Shown here one piece after another: positions 26,047 through 39,284 of a stretch of 64,000 nt of DNA. The position numbers and the translations under genes are program-made. Within the stretch, counting starts at the first letter, position 1; each line of letters starts with the position of its first letter. The DNA is from Laetmonice hystrix. Lineage: Eukaryota. The notes below the pieces were generated by a model, which worked only from the letters and a program-made list of their open reading frames with translations, was not told the DNA's origin and made no database searches. The stretch lies in contig OZ249440.1 of NCBI GenBank assembly GCA_965235115.1, positions 32,180,001 to 32,244,000 on the forward strand. Reading direction: 5' to 3'.

Positions 26047-26899
26047 ATCATAATCAAATCTGTAATAGCTAAGGTCTGGCCTTGTTGCACCCCTGTAACA
26101 ATCATGGCAAAATGATTTTAACTTCGCTCTGAGTTACCGTTTATCATGTCAAATAATGTAGAATTGAACTAACCTTATCCCCTCTGGGATCCGTATGTCT
26201 TGTCTTCCTGTAGATACGTCTTCACAGTTTCTGAGGCGTATATGTGATAAACAACATTCTGACCATGCTTGTACTGGTCAAATGCCTCAGAAAAGCTGTG
26301 GTCCGTCGGAAACGTGTCACCGAACTTCATCTTAGCAGGACTAGTCAAGATGGCACCTCCTGGTCCTAATCTAGGTCATATGTAACAAAGCTTCTGATTG
26401 GTACTTTGACAATAGCGGTTTGGTTGTCTTCGACCCAAAGTACTTTGGCAGTAGACACTCCGATATTATAAATACAGATGTGGCCCTTACCCAGGGTAGT
26501 AGGGGCATCAATAAACAGCGAACTGAGCAAACTGAGATCGGTGCTACAAGCGTATGACGTCACAGCCGGAAGTTATTGCCTATTTAAACAATAATTTTGG
26601 GATTAAACTAACACTACCCTAACCTAAACACGCCTAGTGGGCATGGATGTCGACACCTTATGCTATGCGAATGGGTGCAGTAATCTTAGGGCCTGGGTTC
26701 GATTCCTGTAGAGGACTATACAACTTTTCTCTTTAGGGACATTGTCAAAGTAATTGGGTTACCCCTGATGCCCGTGCATTTCAAAGGAAAAATACAGTTT
26801 CGTGTAGGAATTGCTGTTTCCGTGTTGGTGTCAATAGCCAGTCCAATGGGGAACCCCCCCCAGGCATAACTAGACGATCTCAGTTCGTTCAGCTTGCTG

Positions 26900-27105
26900 T
26901 TTATTGATGCCCGGGTAGTAGTTGGTGTTGGGTGATAATGATAGGAAGAAACCCGCGCACCGGAGCAAACCCCAATTTTATAAATAGATTCCAAGGGAGG
27001 TCTCCACAAAGATGTGGCGGGACATGGCCGGCCTTTAATAAAGGAAACCTTTGGTTCAAGGTCCCGTGCTCTAACCCCTGCACCACTCTGGACCCCCCCT
27101 CCCAT
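26900..27105 (-). mobile_element. Possible tRNA-derived SINE fragment
   Basis: Minus strand GTGGTGCAGGGGTTAGAGCAC (A-box-like head) and GGGTTTGCTCCGGTGCGCGGGTTTCTTCC, similar to conserved SINE central domains; degenerate. Confidence 0.4.
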
Positions 27106-28401
27106 AACTAGTGTAATTTGGGGATGAAAAGATTATTTTTTCTTAACTCGGGTGCTTCAAAACCGCTCGCGTTTGGAATAATGAATCAATCTTTTTCATA
27201 TGACAAATTGAAACCTTCAAAAAGTGTTTTAAAAACCTGAAAACTTGCATGCCACACAAAATCTATTGCGATGACCCAACAAAAGTACCCAGAATCATTC
27301 CCCACATCGTAAGGTCTCCGCAGAAGTGTTTCTTTTAGTGAAACTCCTGAGGGTTATGAATACAGCGAGCTTTGTTTGGCAATTTAACAGTTCTTGAAAC
27401 TTTGATACAGCCAAGTTGCGATCTAAGCTCTCACAGATCAGGGGCCTACAGTGATGCTTATATCGAGGTATTATAATGCTATAATTTTCCGAGCGTATCC
27501 CCTTAGTGGGGCGGATATGTGAAAGTATTGTGGGTTTGATGAAACAAGCATGAAATTTGGTACACAGGTAGATTATGCCTCAGTGGTGATTTTTAGAAAT
27601 AGGGCCATCTCAGATTCTACCTGTGTCCACGTTACCATGGCAACCAATAAACCGTCTGATTTTGCTTAGCAACCGGCACTGTATGGCTCCAATGGGAGAA
27701 TGAAACACCCCTAGTGCCCATACTCCCACCGAATCGATATCAGGGATCAGCATGGTAACATCAGCATTTTCATATTATCAGTCTGTTGCTTAGCAACAAA
27801 CCTAAAATCCACATTTCCTTAGCAACCAGCTTTATATTGCTTCAACGAGCAAATACAACACCCCTACCCCCACCAAATTGATATCAGTGATCAACATGGT
27901 ACCATCAGTATGTTTATATGATCATCCTGTTGCCTAGCAACAGGAATAACATCAAATTTTCCTTAGCAACCAGCACCATATAGCTCGAATGAATGACGAA
28001 AACACCCCTACCCCCACCAAATTCATACCAGCTGTCAACATGGTACCATCAGTATTTTCATATTATCATCCTGTTGCCTAGCAACAGGGATAACATCAAA
28101 TTTTCCTTAGCAACCAGAACCATACGACCCGAATGAACGACAAATACACCCCTACCCCCAGCAAATTGATACCAGGTGTCAACATGGTAACATCAGGTAG
28201 ACTATACCTCAGTGTTGATTTTTAGCTATAGGGCCATCTCAGATTCGACCTGTGACAAAAATAGCGGCAAGATGGCCGCCATCGCTTATTAGAAATTATT
28301 TCTTCTGTTTTTGTAGGTAGCAGAGGTACACACAATAGCTTGCAAGTCAATAGGATTGAAATTGTGTCCAAACAGTAATGAACTGTTCTCTGTGAGCCAC
28401 G

Positions 28402-29225
28402 TCACTCAGAGCACTGTCCACCGCACTGACAAAGAGCTGTACATTGAAGAGATGCCTTGTGACATTTGCAGCGTCCTCTGCAGCCGTTCTTGCAGCCACA
28501 TCGCAAGAGTTCCCTGCAAGCTTCTGATGCTTGAACTGGTAGTGTCGTCCAGGTTATACACCATCCACCACCAGGCTTCCTGTTCCAACCCCATTCACTT
28601 GGTGACGGAAGCTCTGGAGCAGGGGTCATCATTTGGGCCCAACAGTGACCAGCCTGGTAGGCAGCTCTCTTAGTGTGTTGGATGAGTGCAGCATGTGTAG
28701 GAGGCAGACCATCAATAGCTCTACCTTTCCTGCTGAACAGCTGTTTCCTTGCCTGGTTCACACCCTCCTCTTTGCTGGTGCGATCATACAGAAGGACCAC
28801 AAATCGCTCCAGTGGTTGCATCCACTCGTCAATGCGTCTGGCATGGTACCCAAGGCGCAGAATACTGGTGTGACGTCTATATAGGTGGACCAGGTGTCCC
28901 ATACAGTCTTCTTGCCCCTGCCGCCAAAACAGGACACGGTGTCACATCCAGTGAAGGTATGGAACATCGGCAAGGCCACACATTGGTCAGGACCAAGAGC
29001 TTTGGCGATCTCATGAGCAGCGATGAATCTGAAGCTCTTCCCAATTCCAAAGGCAATCCACAGTTCAGATATGTTGAGGCGATTGGCTGATGCTATGGCC
29101 AGGACTACCACATCTGTATCAACTGTTCGTATTGCCACTTTGCTGTATCCCTGTTGTACGGCATCCTGTAGGTGCAGGAGGATACGAGTGTCAGCCTCCT
29201 CATGAGTGCATGGCGCTAGAGCAGA
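28402..29225 (-). pseudogene. Academ transposase, C-terminal part
   Basis: CTHEEADTRILLH, RTVDTDVVVL, FHTFTGCDTVS, LPPT..AL.QH..RA.YQ, and a Cys-rich tail CGCKNGCRGRCKC..CTALCQC; one frameshift near 28830. Confidence 0.9.
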
Positions 29226-29227
29226 CA

Positions 29228-29870
29228 CCCACACCCCACTAACCCCCACCCCCGGTCATGTAGTCCCACCCACACCCCACTAACCCCCACCCCCAGTCGT
29301 GTAGTCCCACCCACACCCCACTAACCCCCACCCCAGTCATGTAGTCCCACCCACACCCCACTAACCCCCACCCCCCGTCATGTAGTCCCACCCACACCCC
29401 ACTAACCCCCACCCCCGGTCATGTAGCCCCACCCACACCCCACTAAACCCCACCCCCAGTCATGTAGCCCCACCCACACCCCACTAACCCACACCCCCAG
29501 TCATGCAGCCCCACCCACACCCCACTAACCCACACCCCCTGTCGTGTAGTCCCACCCACACCCCACTAACCCCCACCCCCAGTCGTGTAGTCCCACCCAC
29601 ACCCCACTAACCCCCGCCCCCAGTCATGTAGTCCCACCCACACCCCACTAACCCCCACCCCCGGTCATGTAGCCCCACCCACACCCCACTAACCCACACC
29701 CCCGGTCATGCAGCCCCACCCACACCCCACTAAACCCCACCCCCAGTCATGTAGCCCCACCCACACCCCACTAACCCACACCCCCGGTCATGCAGCCCCA
29801 CCCACACCTCACTAACCCACACCCCCGGTCATGTAGTCCCACCCACACCCCGCCCCCAGTCATGTAGTCC
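29228..29870. repeat. 41-bp C-rich minisatellite (~15 units)
   Basis: Unit TAACCCCCACCCCCAGTCATGTAGTCCCACCCACACCCCAC. Confidence 0.95.
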
Positions 29871-30164
29871 GTAATTTGAGCTTGTTTACTGCTGAAATGT
29901 CGCTGATACTACAGGAAGGAAGGACTTCGGACCGACTATTTGTGCCATTTGTGGCCTTGACCTTGACATTTGACCTTGGCTTTAATGTCGAATCACAAGA
30001 CGTATGCCACAGTTGGATTGCCTGCCTCTATATTGTAAGGAAACACTCCATTAAATGTGGTTTTAGCCAACTGTCCTGGAAACCCCAGTTTTTTTGCCAT
30101 TTTTGGCCTTGACCTTGATATTTGACCTTGACCTTGAATCACAAAACAAATGTCAAAAATGTTT

Positions 30165-32880
30165 GGGCGAAGCCCACATGGGTGACGTACGACGAGACCT
30201 GGACAAATTCCACAGAAATCTACGAATCAAATCCTTTTTTGATTTCCCCAATACAAAACCCAGGGCGACTACCTCGACCCCCAACCTCTCCACACCTACC
30301 TATTCCAGCAATTTGAATTCAGATGTGGAGAACAATATTAGGAAATCGAAAATCCTGAAACCAGACCATAAATGGACCCCCCCCCCCCCTTGGGACCCAT
30401 TCACCTAGAAGCCTTTATTCTAGCTAACGAAATTGAACTTAACAAAACTATTGTTAGATCACCGTTAGGCCACAACATCACCAAAGATGAGAAAAGGGCC
30501 CTGCACAGCTTATTAAACAATCACGACATAGTGATCAAACCAGCTGATAAAGGTGGTGCGATCGTCCTCCTTAACAGAGACGACTATATAGCAGAGGGAA
30601 AGAGACAACTCTCGGACCTTGGCTTCTACAAATCGTTGGATTCCGACCCTACCGAATCCAACAACCAACAGATCAATCTCTACATTAACTCCCTGAGATT
30701 TAAGAATGAGATTACCCCCTCCCTGGAACGCAAACTTCTCACCCCAGAAGCTCGCACCCCTTCCCTGTATCTCCTTCCGAAGATACATAAGAACAAAACT
30801 CCGGTCCCTTGCCGTCCCATAGTGTCAGCCAATGGCTGCCCTACAGAAAAGATATCAGCACTTGTCGATATCTTTCTTAGACCCTACTTACCCAAGATCC
30901 CTTCTTATTTGAAGGACACTACTCATTTCCTCCAAATTCTGAGGGATCTACCCCATCTCAAGCCAGGAGCCCTGCTCTGTACCTTAGATGTTGGCTCCCT
31001 TTACACCAACATACCTAACTTGGAAGGCATGCAAGCCACAGCACGCTACCTCTGCAAATACAGAACTTTGGGTCCAGAACCCAGCAACACTAGCCTGTGT
31101 TCACTCTTGAAAATGGTACTCACCATGAACAACTTCAGCTTTGATGGCAAACATTACCTTCAAATTGCAGGCACAGCCATGGGCACACGTGTTGCCCCGA
31201 CCTATGCCAACATATTCATGTCAGATTTTGAATCTAAACATGTCTATACCTACCCAGAACAGCCAACATTCTGGGGTCGATTTATCGATGACATCTTCCT
31301 CATTTGGGAACATGGCGCCGAGGCACTGGGCCGCTTCATCAACCATCTGAACAATGTCCATCAATCCATCAAATTCACTTCAGAAACTTCACTTACACGT
31401 TAAAGTGAATTTTTTGGACACCTGTGTTTCCATCTCCCCAGATGGCATTCTCACAACGGATCTGTACACAAAGCCGACAGATTCCAATAGCTACCTCTTG
31501 TACTCATCGGCCCATCCGACACACTGCAAAAGAGGTATCCCCTTCGGTCAATTTCAAAGGCAAACACTTCCTACGACGAGGCTACCCATTTGACCTCTTA
31601 GTAGATAGCTTCACTAAAGCGAAAATGATCCCGAGACTGAGCTTACTTCAGAAAATAACTGACAAGTCTGACAATGAGTCACCAAACATCTTGGTTACAA
31701 CTTATAACACAGGCTACTGCGGTTTAAAGTCCATTGTTACCAAAAACTGGGACATCCTTGGAAGATCTTGCTCCACCCGGGACATACATCAAAAGAAACT
31801 AATCACTGCCTTCAGAAAACCAAAAAGTTTGAGGGATATATTAGTCAAAGCGAGATTACCTACCAGGAAACCTCCCCCCACTCAAAATCTACCCAGCAAT
31901 CCCTGCAAAACCAAAAATTGCAGATATTGCCCAAAACTCAACATAAGTACTTGTACCGCCACTAAAAGGAGCTACATGTCCAAATTTAATGTGACATGTA
32001 AAAGCTCCAACCTCATCTATTGCATCACGTGCACCAAGTGCAAGATACAGTATGTAGGTCAAACCAAAAACCGCCTAATGGACCGCTTCCAGGGCCACTT
32101 CTACAACATTGGACACAACCGGCCAATGTCAGAAATCGGTAAACATTTCAACTCCACAGACCACAAAGGTCTCGACGATGTTGAAATACACATTGTAGAC
32201 TTCATCCATGCCCATCCTCATGGACAAAAGTCTAAAAGATTAAGGGATCTAATAGAATTCAATTGGAGCCAGAGGATGCATTGCAATGCACCAACAGGTT
32301 TGAACCTGATGGACCCCTATTAGTCCATCTGTCCCTCACCTTGGGCCAGAGTCGATACAATAGCCTCGTCAAAAAAAAATTTCTATTTCTGTTTTGACTC
32401 ACCCGACCCAGAGAATGGTGTAGACTTTTCTTCACCACTCCGTTCCTGTCAACCACCCCCTACACCAGTAGCCCATCTCCACCCCCGACACCCACCACCC
32501 TTGGTAGTGCTGTCGTAGAGAAATGATGCCCACCTTGATCATCTTTTCTCCCGCCAACTTCTCCCTACACATTGGGGAACCGCTGGATTTTCATCCATTG
32601 TGATGTCATTTATTATGATGCCTGAAGAGACACTAGTCGAAACCGTGTACTTCACCAAGCAACAAGCTTGCAGTTACGTCATACCGGGTCGTCAACCCTA
32701 ACTACCCACATGACTACTTGGACATCCACAAGAAACTCTTGTTTACCGTGATGTCACCCACCTTAACTGTTTTCAGTATCCTTGGAGATGTTGACAGGTA
32801 CCTATTTAAGGCCGTTCAAACTGCCAACGGCCACATTTCCGCGGTAGCATCACAACAACTCATTCTAGCCTCGTATTATA
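30165..32880 (+). mobile_element. Penelope-like retroelement (RT + GIY-YIG), 5'-truncated, frameshifted
   Basis: IKPADKGGA, YLLPKIHK, RPIVS, LDVGSLYTNIP, GTAMGT..APTYANIFM, RFIDDIF, FLD, YTKPTD; C-terminal CKSSNLIYCITC..C..QYVGQT..L..RF..H (GIY-YIG), stop at 32323; 3' pseudo-LTR-like region follows. Confidence 0.95.
32616..32852 (+). ncRNA. Type I hammerhead ribozyme with a ~192-nt loop in stem III
   Basis: Stem I TGATGC (32616-21) / GCATCA (32847-52); core CTGAAGA (32622-28); stem II GAC-acta-GTC (32629-38); GAAA (32639-42); stem III CCGTG (32643-47) / CGCGG (32840-44); cleavage triplet GTA (32844-46). Confidence 0.75.
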
Positions 32881-34298
32881 CAAATGTCAAAAATGGATTC
32901 CCCGTGTTGATATTGTATGGAAAAGTGCTATTACATATGATTCTAGGCCAAATGGTTTTCAAGTTACCTGAGCTTATGACGATTTGTTATTAATTATGCT
33001 AATTTATGCAAATTAGCTTATAAAAAAAATTCCTCAACAGCCAACTTCGGCCAACAAAGCTGAAAATCTTCACAGAGCCTATGTGGACACAAATCAATCA
33101 TAATCTCTTGCGGGTCTAAAAATTTCCGGGTTAACTGGGTTGGCTACCCGACTATTAGTTCTGTTCCCTGCTTGGGCCTAGCCTACTCAATAAGTTAGCT
33201 AAGAGTGTCATGGTTACCATGAAAACCAATTTATTCCTTCTTATGTCTATACATGTGCTTAATATATATAAGACCTACGCTGGTAACGGTCAAAAAGGGA
33301 GGGTTATTCAAATATTCTGGTTACTATGGGAACTAAAATATCACCAATTCCCTCCAAATGGTCAAAATCAGACGCTTTATTGGTTACCATGGTAACCATA
33401 TAGTGCGAACAGCTGTAATTAATTAGCTTCCGACATGTCCAATGGGAGATCTTTCATTTAAGGTATCATACGCTCAGATTAAAGCATATTTCAGTTCTGT
33501 ATGATTAAGTAAACGATTCCCTGGAAATTTCGTCACTGAATCAGTTGGCTAAGATTTTCCATGGTTACCATGGAAACCAAATTAAATAATCTTCATTTCT
33601 GATGTGCTTTATATACAACACATATGTACCGGTCACACTGCGTGTAAAAAGGGGAGATTTATCTAATATTCTGGTTACTATGGAAACTGAAAGGTAAGCA
33701 ATTCACCCAAAATGGTCAAAATCAAACGGTTTATTGGTTACCATGGTAACCATATAGTGAGGAGAAATCTAATTTGTTTTGTTTCTGAATGTCCTCTCTG
33801 CGATCTTTCATTTGAGGTATGACATGGGGGAAGGAGTCTTTATATGGATTGCAGGAGCCCCAGGAAACCTGTTACCGAACATACTAGTCCGTTGCTAGGC
33901 AACACTTCCATTTTGGGGTCTATAGAAAAATCTAAGAAATTGTCGAAATGGCCCTATAGCCAAATATCTTCCCAAACACCTTTTTTAACTGTCTGCCAAG
34001 TTTCATGCTTGTTTCACCAAACCCACAATTCCCTCAAAATATTGCACCTATCCGCCGTACTACCTGACCTTTGTAGTGTTTGCCTCCTTCACCGCAGGAA
34101 AGTATGGAACGAGATGCACATAAATATGGCACTCCACCTCCGGTGTCCTGCCATGTTTATGCGCCAGGCATCTCGTTCCACACTTTCGCCCAGTGAATGA
34201 CCCTCATCCTGTTAGGTGTTTTTAATATGGAAGCTTAACAGAACGTGAACTTGTAGAACTACATGCAGCAGATGCACAGAGCTTGGAGAAAATGCCAG

Positions 34299-36478
34299 CC
34301 GATACACATGGGGCCGGTTCCTCAGTCGCGCTAAGTATTACTTAGTCAAGATATCATCCAAAAATGTTAGTTAACCATTCCTCAGTCGCGTTAAGATATG
34401 CCGAGCCTATCTTAACCATTACTTGCCTAAGTCAGGTGGGGAGGTTACTTAACGGTCACCGAATGCCGATCGTGCAGAGCTGACCGGCACAGTGCACTGG
34501 CGGATCCAGGATTTCACTGAAGGGGGGGCACAGAAAAACAATTCATTGTTTGCATTACTAATTAAAGCTCATGCTCTTGAATTAGAGTTTTAGAGGTATA
34601 GGCCTACATAATAGCTCGGGGTTTCCCTGAGGTACACCGTCAGTGTTAAAATTAATTCAAAATAACTAGGCTATAGCCGTGTATAGGCCTAATTAGTAAA
34701 GCTAAAGAGGGGGCACGTGCCCCCTGTGCCCCCCTCTGGATCCGCCTAAAGTTGCAGTGTGCAAAGCGGTCCGGTCAGTGGCTTGCATGTACCGAAATGG
34801 AGGACGAGGGCTTTCGAATTCGGCGATTTTTGATGATCCTCGACAGACAACGCATATAATACAACGAATGTTGCTAGACCCCTCAAACCCACTGGAGGTA
34901 TATAGGAGGGTTTCCATATTTTGTTGTTTTTTTATGTTTTTTAAATATTTTAAGTATCCATGACAACTAACTTTGCAACATACTTTATTATACTATAAAT
35001 CATACATGTATAGATTGAGGTATATTGAGGACAGGAAGCAACACAATGTCAGCTTATGAAGTCCTCAGTGGTGGGAAGGTATACAATAAACCGTTCTATT
35101 GGCAGTGCAACTATGGATTGTAACTCCATAACACAAAAATGCTATGTCCCACTATGTATTATCTTTGTTTGAATTAGATAGGATATTATTTTTCAGAAGT
35201 ATTTAAAATATTATAACCAGAAATTTTTGTTTAGTGTCATACAGATGTAACATTACACACAGTAAAAATACAGAATAGGCCTATAGATCTATCTTGTAGA
35301 GAATTTAATTTAAAGAGCTGTCCCATTAATAATTGTCACTCCATGACAATTTGTTGTTTCACGCTGGTATAACATGTAGACAGATGTAGAGTAGTACATA
35401 GATTTCCATTAATTAATTTTTTCACTAATATCCATAAAATACATAAAATACAAATTAGACATTAAAGTACTTAGCGTTCTCCCCAGGACAAAATCTCAAC
35501 TAGAGTCTAGAGGTACAAATTCAGTGACAGTGTGTCGACTCCATGACATCTCCTCTAATTAAAATGGCATAATTAAGATATTTTCTGCTGATACAAAATG
35601 TTTTAAAATGTTTCCATAGCAGACTAAAAAATATTCTAATATCATTGGGATCATTTTTTAAAAATATCCAAGCAAAAATTCCCTAAAATTATAGAAACCC
35701 TAATAGCCTTGTCGCCATACTGTTCGACCGCTGTGGTTACCCGTCGAATGGCGCGGGAGAGGTCAGCCAGTTGGGAGAGGTTCACTGTTGTGTGACGGAA
35801 AATATGAATCGCTGCGTGCATTCGGAAGGGTCCACTTTCTTGGCTTAGCTCAGCTGGGCCGTGCCTAGCTGTGCGTCACTCTTTCGACGACTGAGGAACC
35901 CATTTTTGGGAATGGGCACTGCCCAGCTTACTTGTTACTATGCCAAGTCGTACTTAGGCGCGCGACTGAGGAACCGGCCCCTGTTCTCCTCTTCTTCAAG
36001 AAGAGAGACTGGCGTTAGTCGCCACTCCTTCAAGAACAGAGACCTTGCCCATTCCGCCCAGTGGTGGGCGTAAGAAATGGAGACTTTCTTCTTGAAAAAT
36101 GAGAGCAGGTGTATACATTTTGACAAGGAAACTAAATTCTATCCTATCCCTATCCCTAACCTTAACCCTAACCCCTGCCCAAACATTTCGTGGAAAGTTA
36201 TCATGGGGGAAGAACCCATTGGCTTAACTACCTAGGTGAGATATTCACCTGCTGACCTGCTCGCTGAAGCGGCACCGAGGCGGCAAGGCTGACCTGCTCG
36301 CTGAAGCGGCACCGAGGCGGCAAGGTGATTGGACACCAGCAGCTAGTCTCCATTGGAAGAAGAAAGTCTCCATTTCTTACGCCCACCACTGGGCGGAATG
36401 GACAAGGTCTCTGTTCTTGAAGGAGTGGAGACTAACGCCAGTCTCTCTTCTTGAAGAAGAGGAGACCATGCGTATCGG
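34299..36478. mobile_element. Long-TIR MITE with a central CCTAAC-type tract; its left TIR is split by a Harbinger-type element
   Basis: CCGATACACATG (34299) plus 35984-36095 is the reverse complement of ~36355-36478; central CCCTAACCTTAACCCTAACC; 37-bp tandem duplication at ~36250-36325. Confidence 0.8.
34311..35980. mobile_element. Non-autonomous PIF/Harbinger-like element
   Basis: TIR GGGCCGGTTCCTCAGTCGCGC with subterminal TTCCTCAGTCG repeats; 3-bp flanks ATG/CTG. Confidence 0.8.
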
Positions 36479-39284
36479 GTGCAAATGCACAATGTTTAGA
36501 TAACACTACCGGTAGTTGATCCCAGCGAAATTTATGCTTGTGCAAAAAGGGAGTCATGCCCTAGACCGGAAACGGTCCACTCGCTATGTGCAGAGTGGGA
36601 CTAGCTGTAGTGCAGCACCACCCTGTAAACTCAAAGTTGTTCCTCCCACTGTCACTCGCCGTTGCTTTGACAACAATAACTTTACCGTGGGAACGTTTCT
36701 ATTTGCTAACCAGAAATGCACCCTAATTTTTATGAATCACGCCTCAGGCAGTGCTGTAATCGGATTGGGCTGCAGTAAACTGCAGTCAGGTCGAAAACAG
36801 ATGGCGCTGCGAGCTAAGCGTTTCTGAGAATAGGCGGGCAGGCGGGAGGGGATGAATCGCTACAACTGCAAGCGGTTCAACCCCGAGCAGGGGAGGATTG
36901 TAGCCTGCATGCCCGCCTGCATGCATGCCAGGCTGAGGGGAGGGGGCACCGTCGCGGTGTTTACATCTCCGTTGACACTGCAACTTCGCGACCGTCATGC
37001 TTTTACATTGCTATATTAATAATTTTATTTTCCAATATTGTTGTGAGTCAAGAGTGTTCTACAGTTCTAAATGTGACAGCAAAACATGGTTTCTGCCAGC
37101 CCCTCAATGGGGCCGAGTCGGGGGAATCCCTGTGTATGACGTCACCATGAACTTCCCTATATATAGAACAGCCAATCCGCGCTCTGCTACAGCTACTGCG
37201 CTATGGACCTACCCAGGCTATGCCGTTGGTGGGTCTGCCAGATGGACTAGTCATGCGCGACACCTATAAAATCTCCCACCATATCTCGCCATGGTAACCA
37301 ATGTATCCAACCCAAACCCACTAAATATATTATAATATAATCCATTTTAATACAATGAACAAGTATTTTTGATTAAAAAAATATTTAGATTATATATGTC
37401 ACCATAGTTACTTTTTTCGTTATAAGCCAAGGTTTAAGATTACGGTCAGGTGCACTAAAATTAACAGCAACGTAGGTACCCCAAATTTAAGCAGCTGCCA
37501 CAGGTTTTCCTACAGAGTTTTTTTTTAAACTGCGCAGGTTTCTTTATATCATCACCCAACACTACTCACTTAGGGTAAGGGTCGCATCTGTAATTTATAA
37601 TACATGTTCCTGTGCTTCCATAGGGCCCATTGGTTAACGTCACACCGCCCCGTAACGTGTACAATCAAATCGGTTCTATGGAACATAGGGTTCCGGGTAC
37701 CCAAACTTTCAGCCGCTGTCACGGGGTTTCTACGGGAGTTGACTCTAAATGTTTTGACATAATATGTTAGTGAACACCTTTACCAACACATTGGTAAAGA
37801 AATTTCATGGTAAGAAATTTGTTCCCAGATTGCCCTGATTTCTCATAATATTCCCTGACTACAGGGTGAGTAAAAAAAATATACACTCACAAATAGGGTG
37901 ATGAATCAGAGATTTGGCAAAATCAGGACAATGTAGTAATTTGGTCAGAAATAGTAACTCTTGTGCTTCAATTTGGTAGTTGATCCACTTAGATGCGACC
38001 GGTAATAAAGAAATACTTGCCATTTTTCGAAACCCCCTAAAATACCACTGCTAAAAAGCATGGTGTGTCCATAGTTTACACCCCAGCCATAGAGTGGCAC
38101 TCTGCGTCTCGGAAAAATGCGTTGACTAAGAAGGCTCTTTGCAGTCACCCCCGACACTGAGAAGCTGGACTCATTATTTTTGGCTTGTGTCCAACGTACT
38201 GACGAGGTAGGGAAAGTACTTCTTGAGAACAAAGCTGACATTCTTAACAAAAGCAAAAGGTTTAGATACCACAGGTCAACATACTGCAGTCGACATCACA
38301 TACAGAGGACGCTGGTGTCTGGAGACAATGGCAGCAGCAGTGAGTTGGATATGAGTGGAGTGTTTATGAGTGAGGAGAGAGACAGAGCAGTAGTCACCAG
38401 GGCGCACTTGTTCGATCCTGTATTTGACTGGAAGAACAAGTGCTTCATATGTGGTATGCGCTGCTTTGCATCACACAAATCTTCCAGTGGTAAAGACAAC
38501 TGGTCGCTGGTAGCAACAGCTGTTGGAGATCCGGGTGAAAACATTTATACCAAAGTTCTAAATGCTGCCACAAAACTAGAGGACGCTGAAATGCTGCAGA
38601 GGCTGCATGGTGTTGGACCTGATCTTGTAGCAGCCGATGCCAGATATCACCAGAAGAAAGGATGCCTTGTCAAATATATTTCTAAGGCAAGTAACAGTTT
38701 CTCCAAAGAAACACACAGCAGTGCTCACAAAGCAGTTCTTAGGCAGCTCAAGGAGGAATACTACTCCTCGATCATGGAACAACAAGAAGTGTATCTGCTC
38801 TCATCAATAAGGGAACGATTCCCCGAACTAGCAGATGGATATGTGGGAAACCCTTCATCATACAGTTCATACCACCTAAAAGACCTGGTGTGTTCTAGTA
38901 AGATCTCTGTTGGGGATGCCCTAAGCAAAGTAAAGGAACTATCAAGTTCCCTCAAGATGGCTGAAGAAGAGAATGTAGAGGTTCTATCAACTGCACCACA
39001 GGTACCAAATGACGAAAGCATAGTCCATATGGCGGTGGGGATACTCAGAAGAATGGAGAAAATCCATAAACCATTGCCAGTATTATTGCTCTCAAGAAAT
39101 GACAACAGAAGCATCAAGGAAATCTGTCGACCCATTACTCTACAAGACTCTAAGGTGGCTGACGGATGAGAAATGTTATGATAATGCAGATGCTCCTGAC
39201 AGTGAAGAGTGTTCAAAGTGTCTGAATATTGCTTGCGACATCACTAGTCTGGCTACCTCAGTTATGTCCCCTAAACACCTTTAG

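Larger units (their letters stand above)
15768..26461 (-). mobile_element. Probable decayed Mutator-like (MULE) element, split by the P element
   Basis: Right end reads GGAGTGTCTACTGCCAAAGTAC on the minus strand; GCT..TG(C/T)CAAAGTACCAATCA occurs inverted at 15775 and 26395-26417. Minus-strand exon remnants: MKFGDTFPTDHSFSEAFDQYK (26170-26328, resembles ZSWIM/MULE N-termini) and a PHD-like IQYDNCHVWFHYQC (24565-24610). Confidence 0.5.
27504..34062 (-). mobile_element. Academ DNA transposon, internally deleted, with nested insertions
   Basis: TIRs TAGT(GG/AC)GGCGGATA...TTGTGGGTTTG(A/G)TGAAACAAGCATGAAA; 3-bp TSD CCT (27501-03, 34063-65); ~120-145-bp subterminal repeats at 27660-28200. Confidence 0.88.

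Noticed and set aside
25267..26072. Repetitive ORFs in the satellite
   Set aside because: Translation artefacts of the 50-bp repeat.
26632..26708. tRNA or SINE head with a GGTTCGATTCC B-box
   Set aside because: A-box and spacing are poor and there is no cloverleaf; too weak to call.
36140..36180. Interstitial telomere (also 152-185)
   Set aside because: Only a few degenerate CCTAAC units, at the centre of MITE-like sequence.
15334..37861. One giant 22-kb element bounded by the inverted TAGTCAGGGAAT repeats
   Set aside because: The copies are clearly diverged and no TSD flanks them; two independent copies is the simpler reading.
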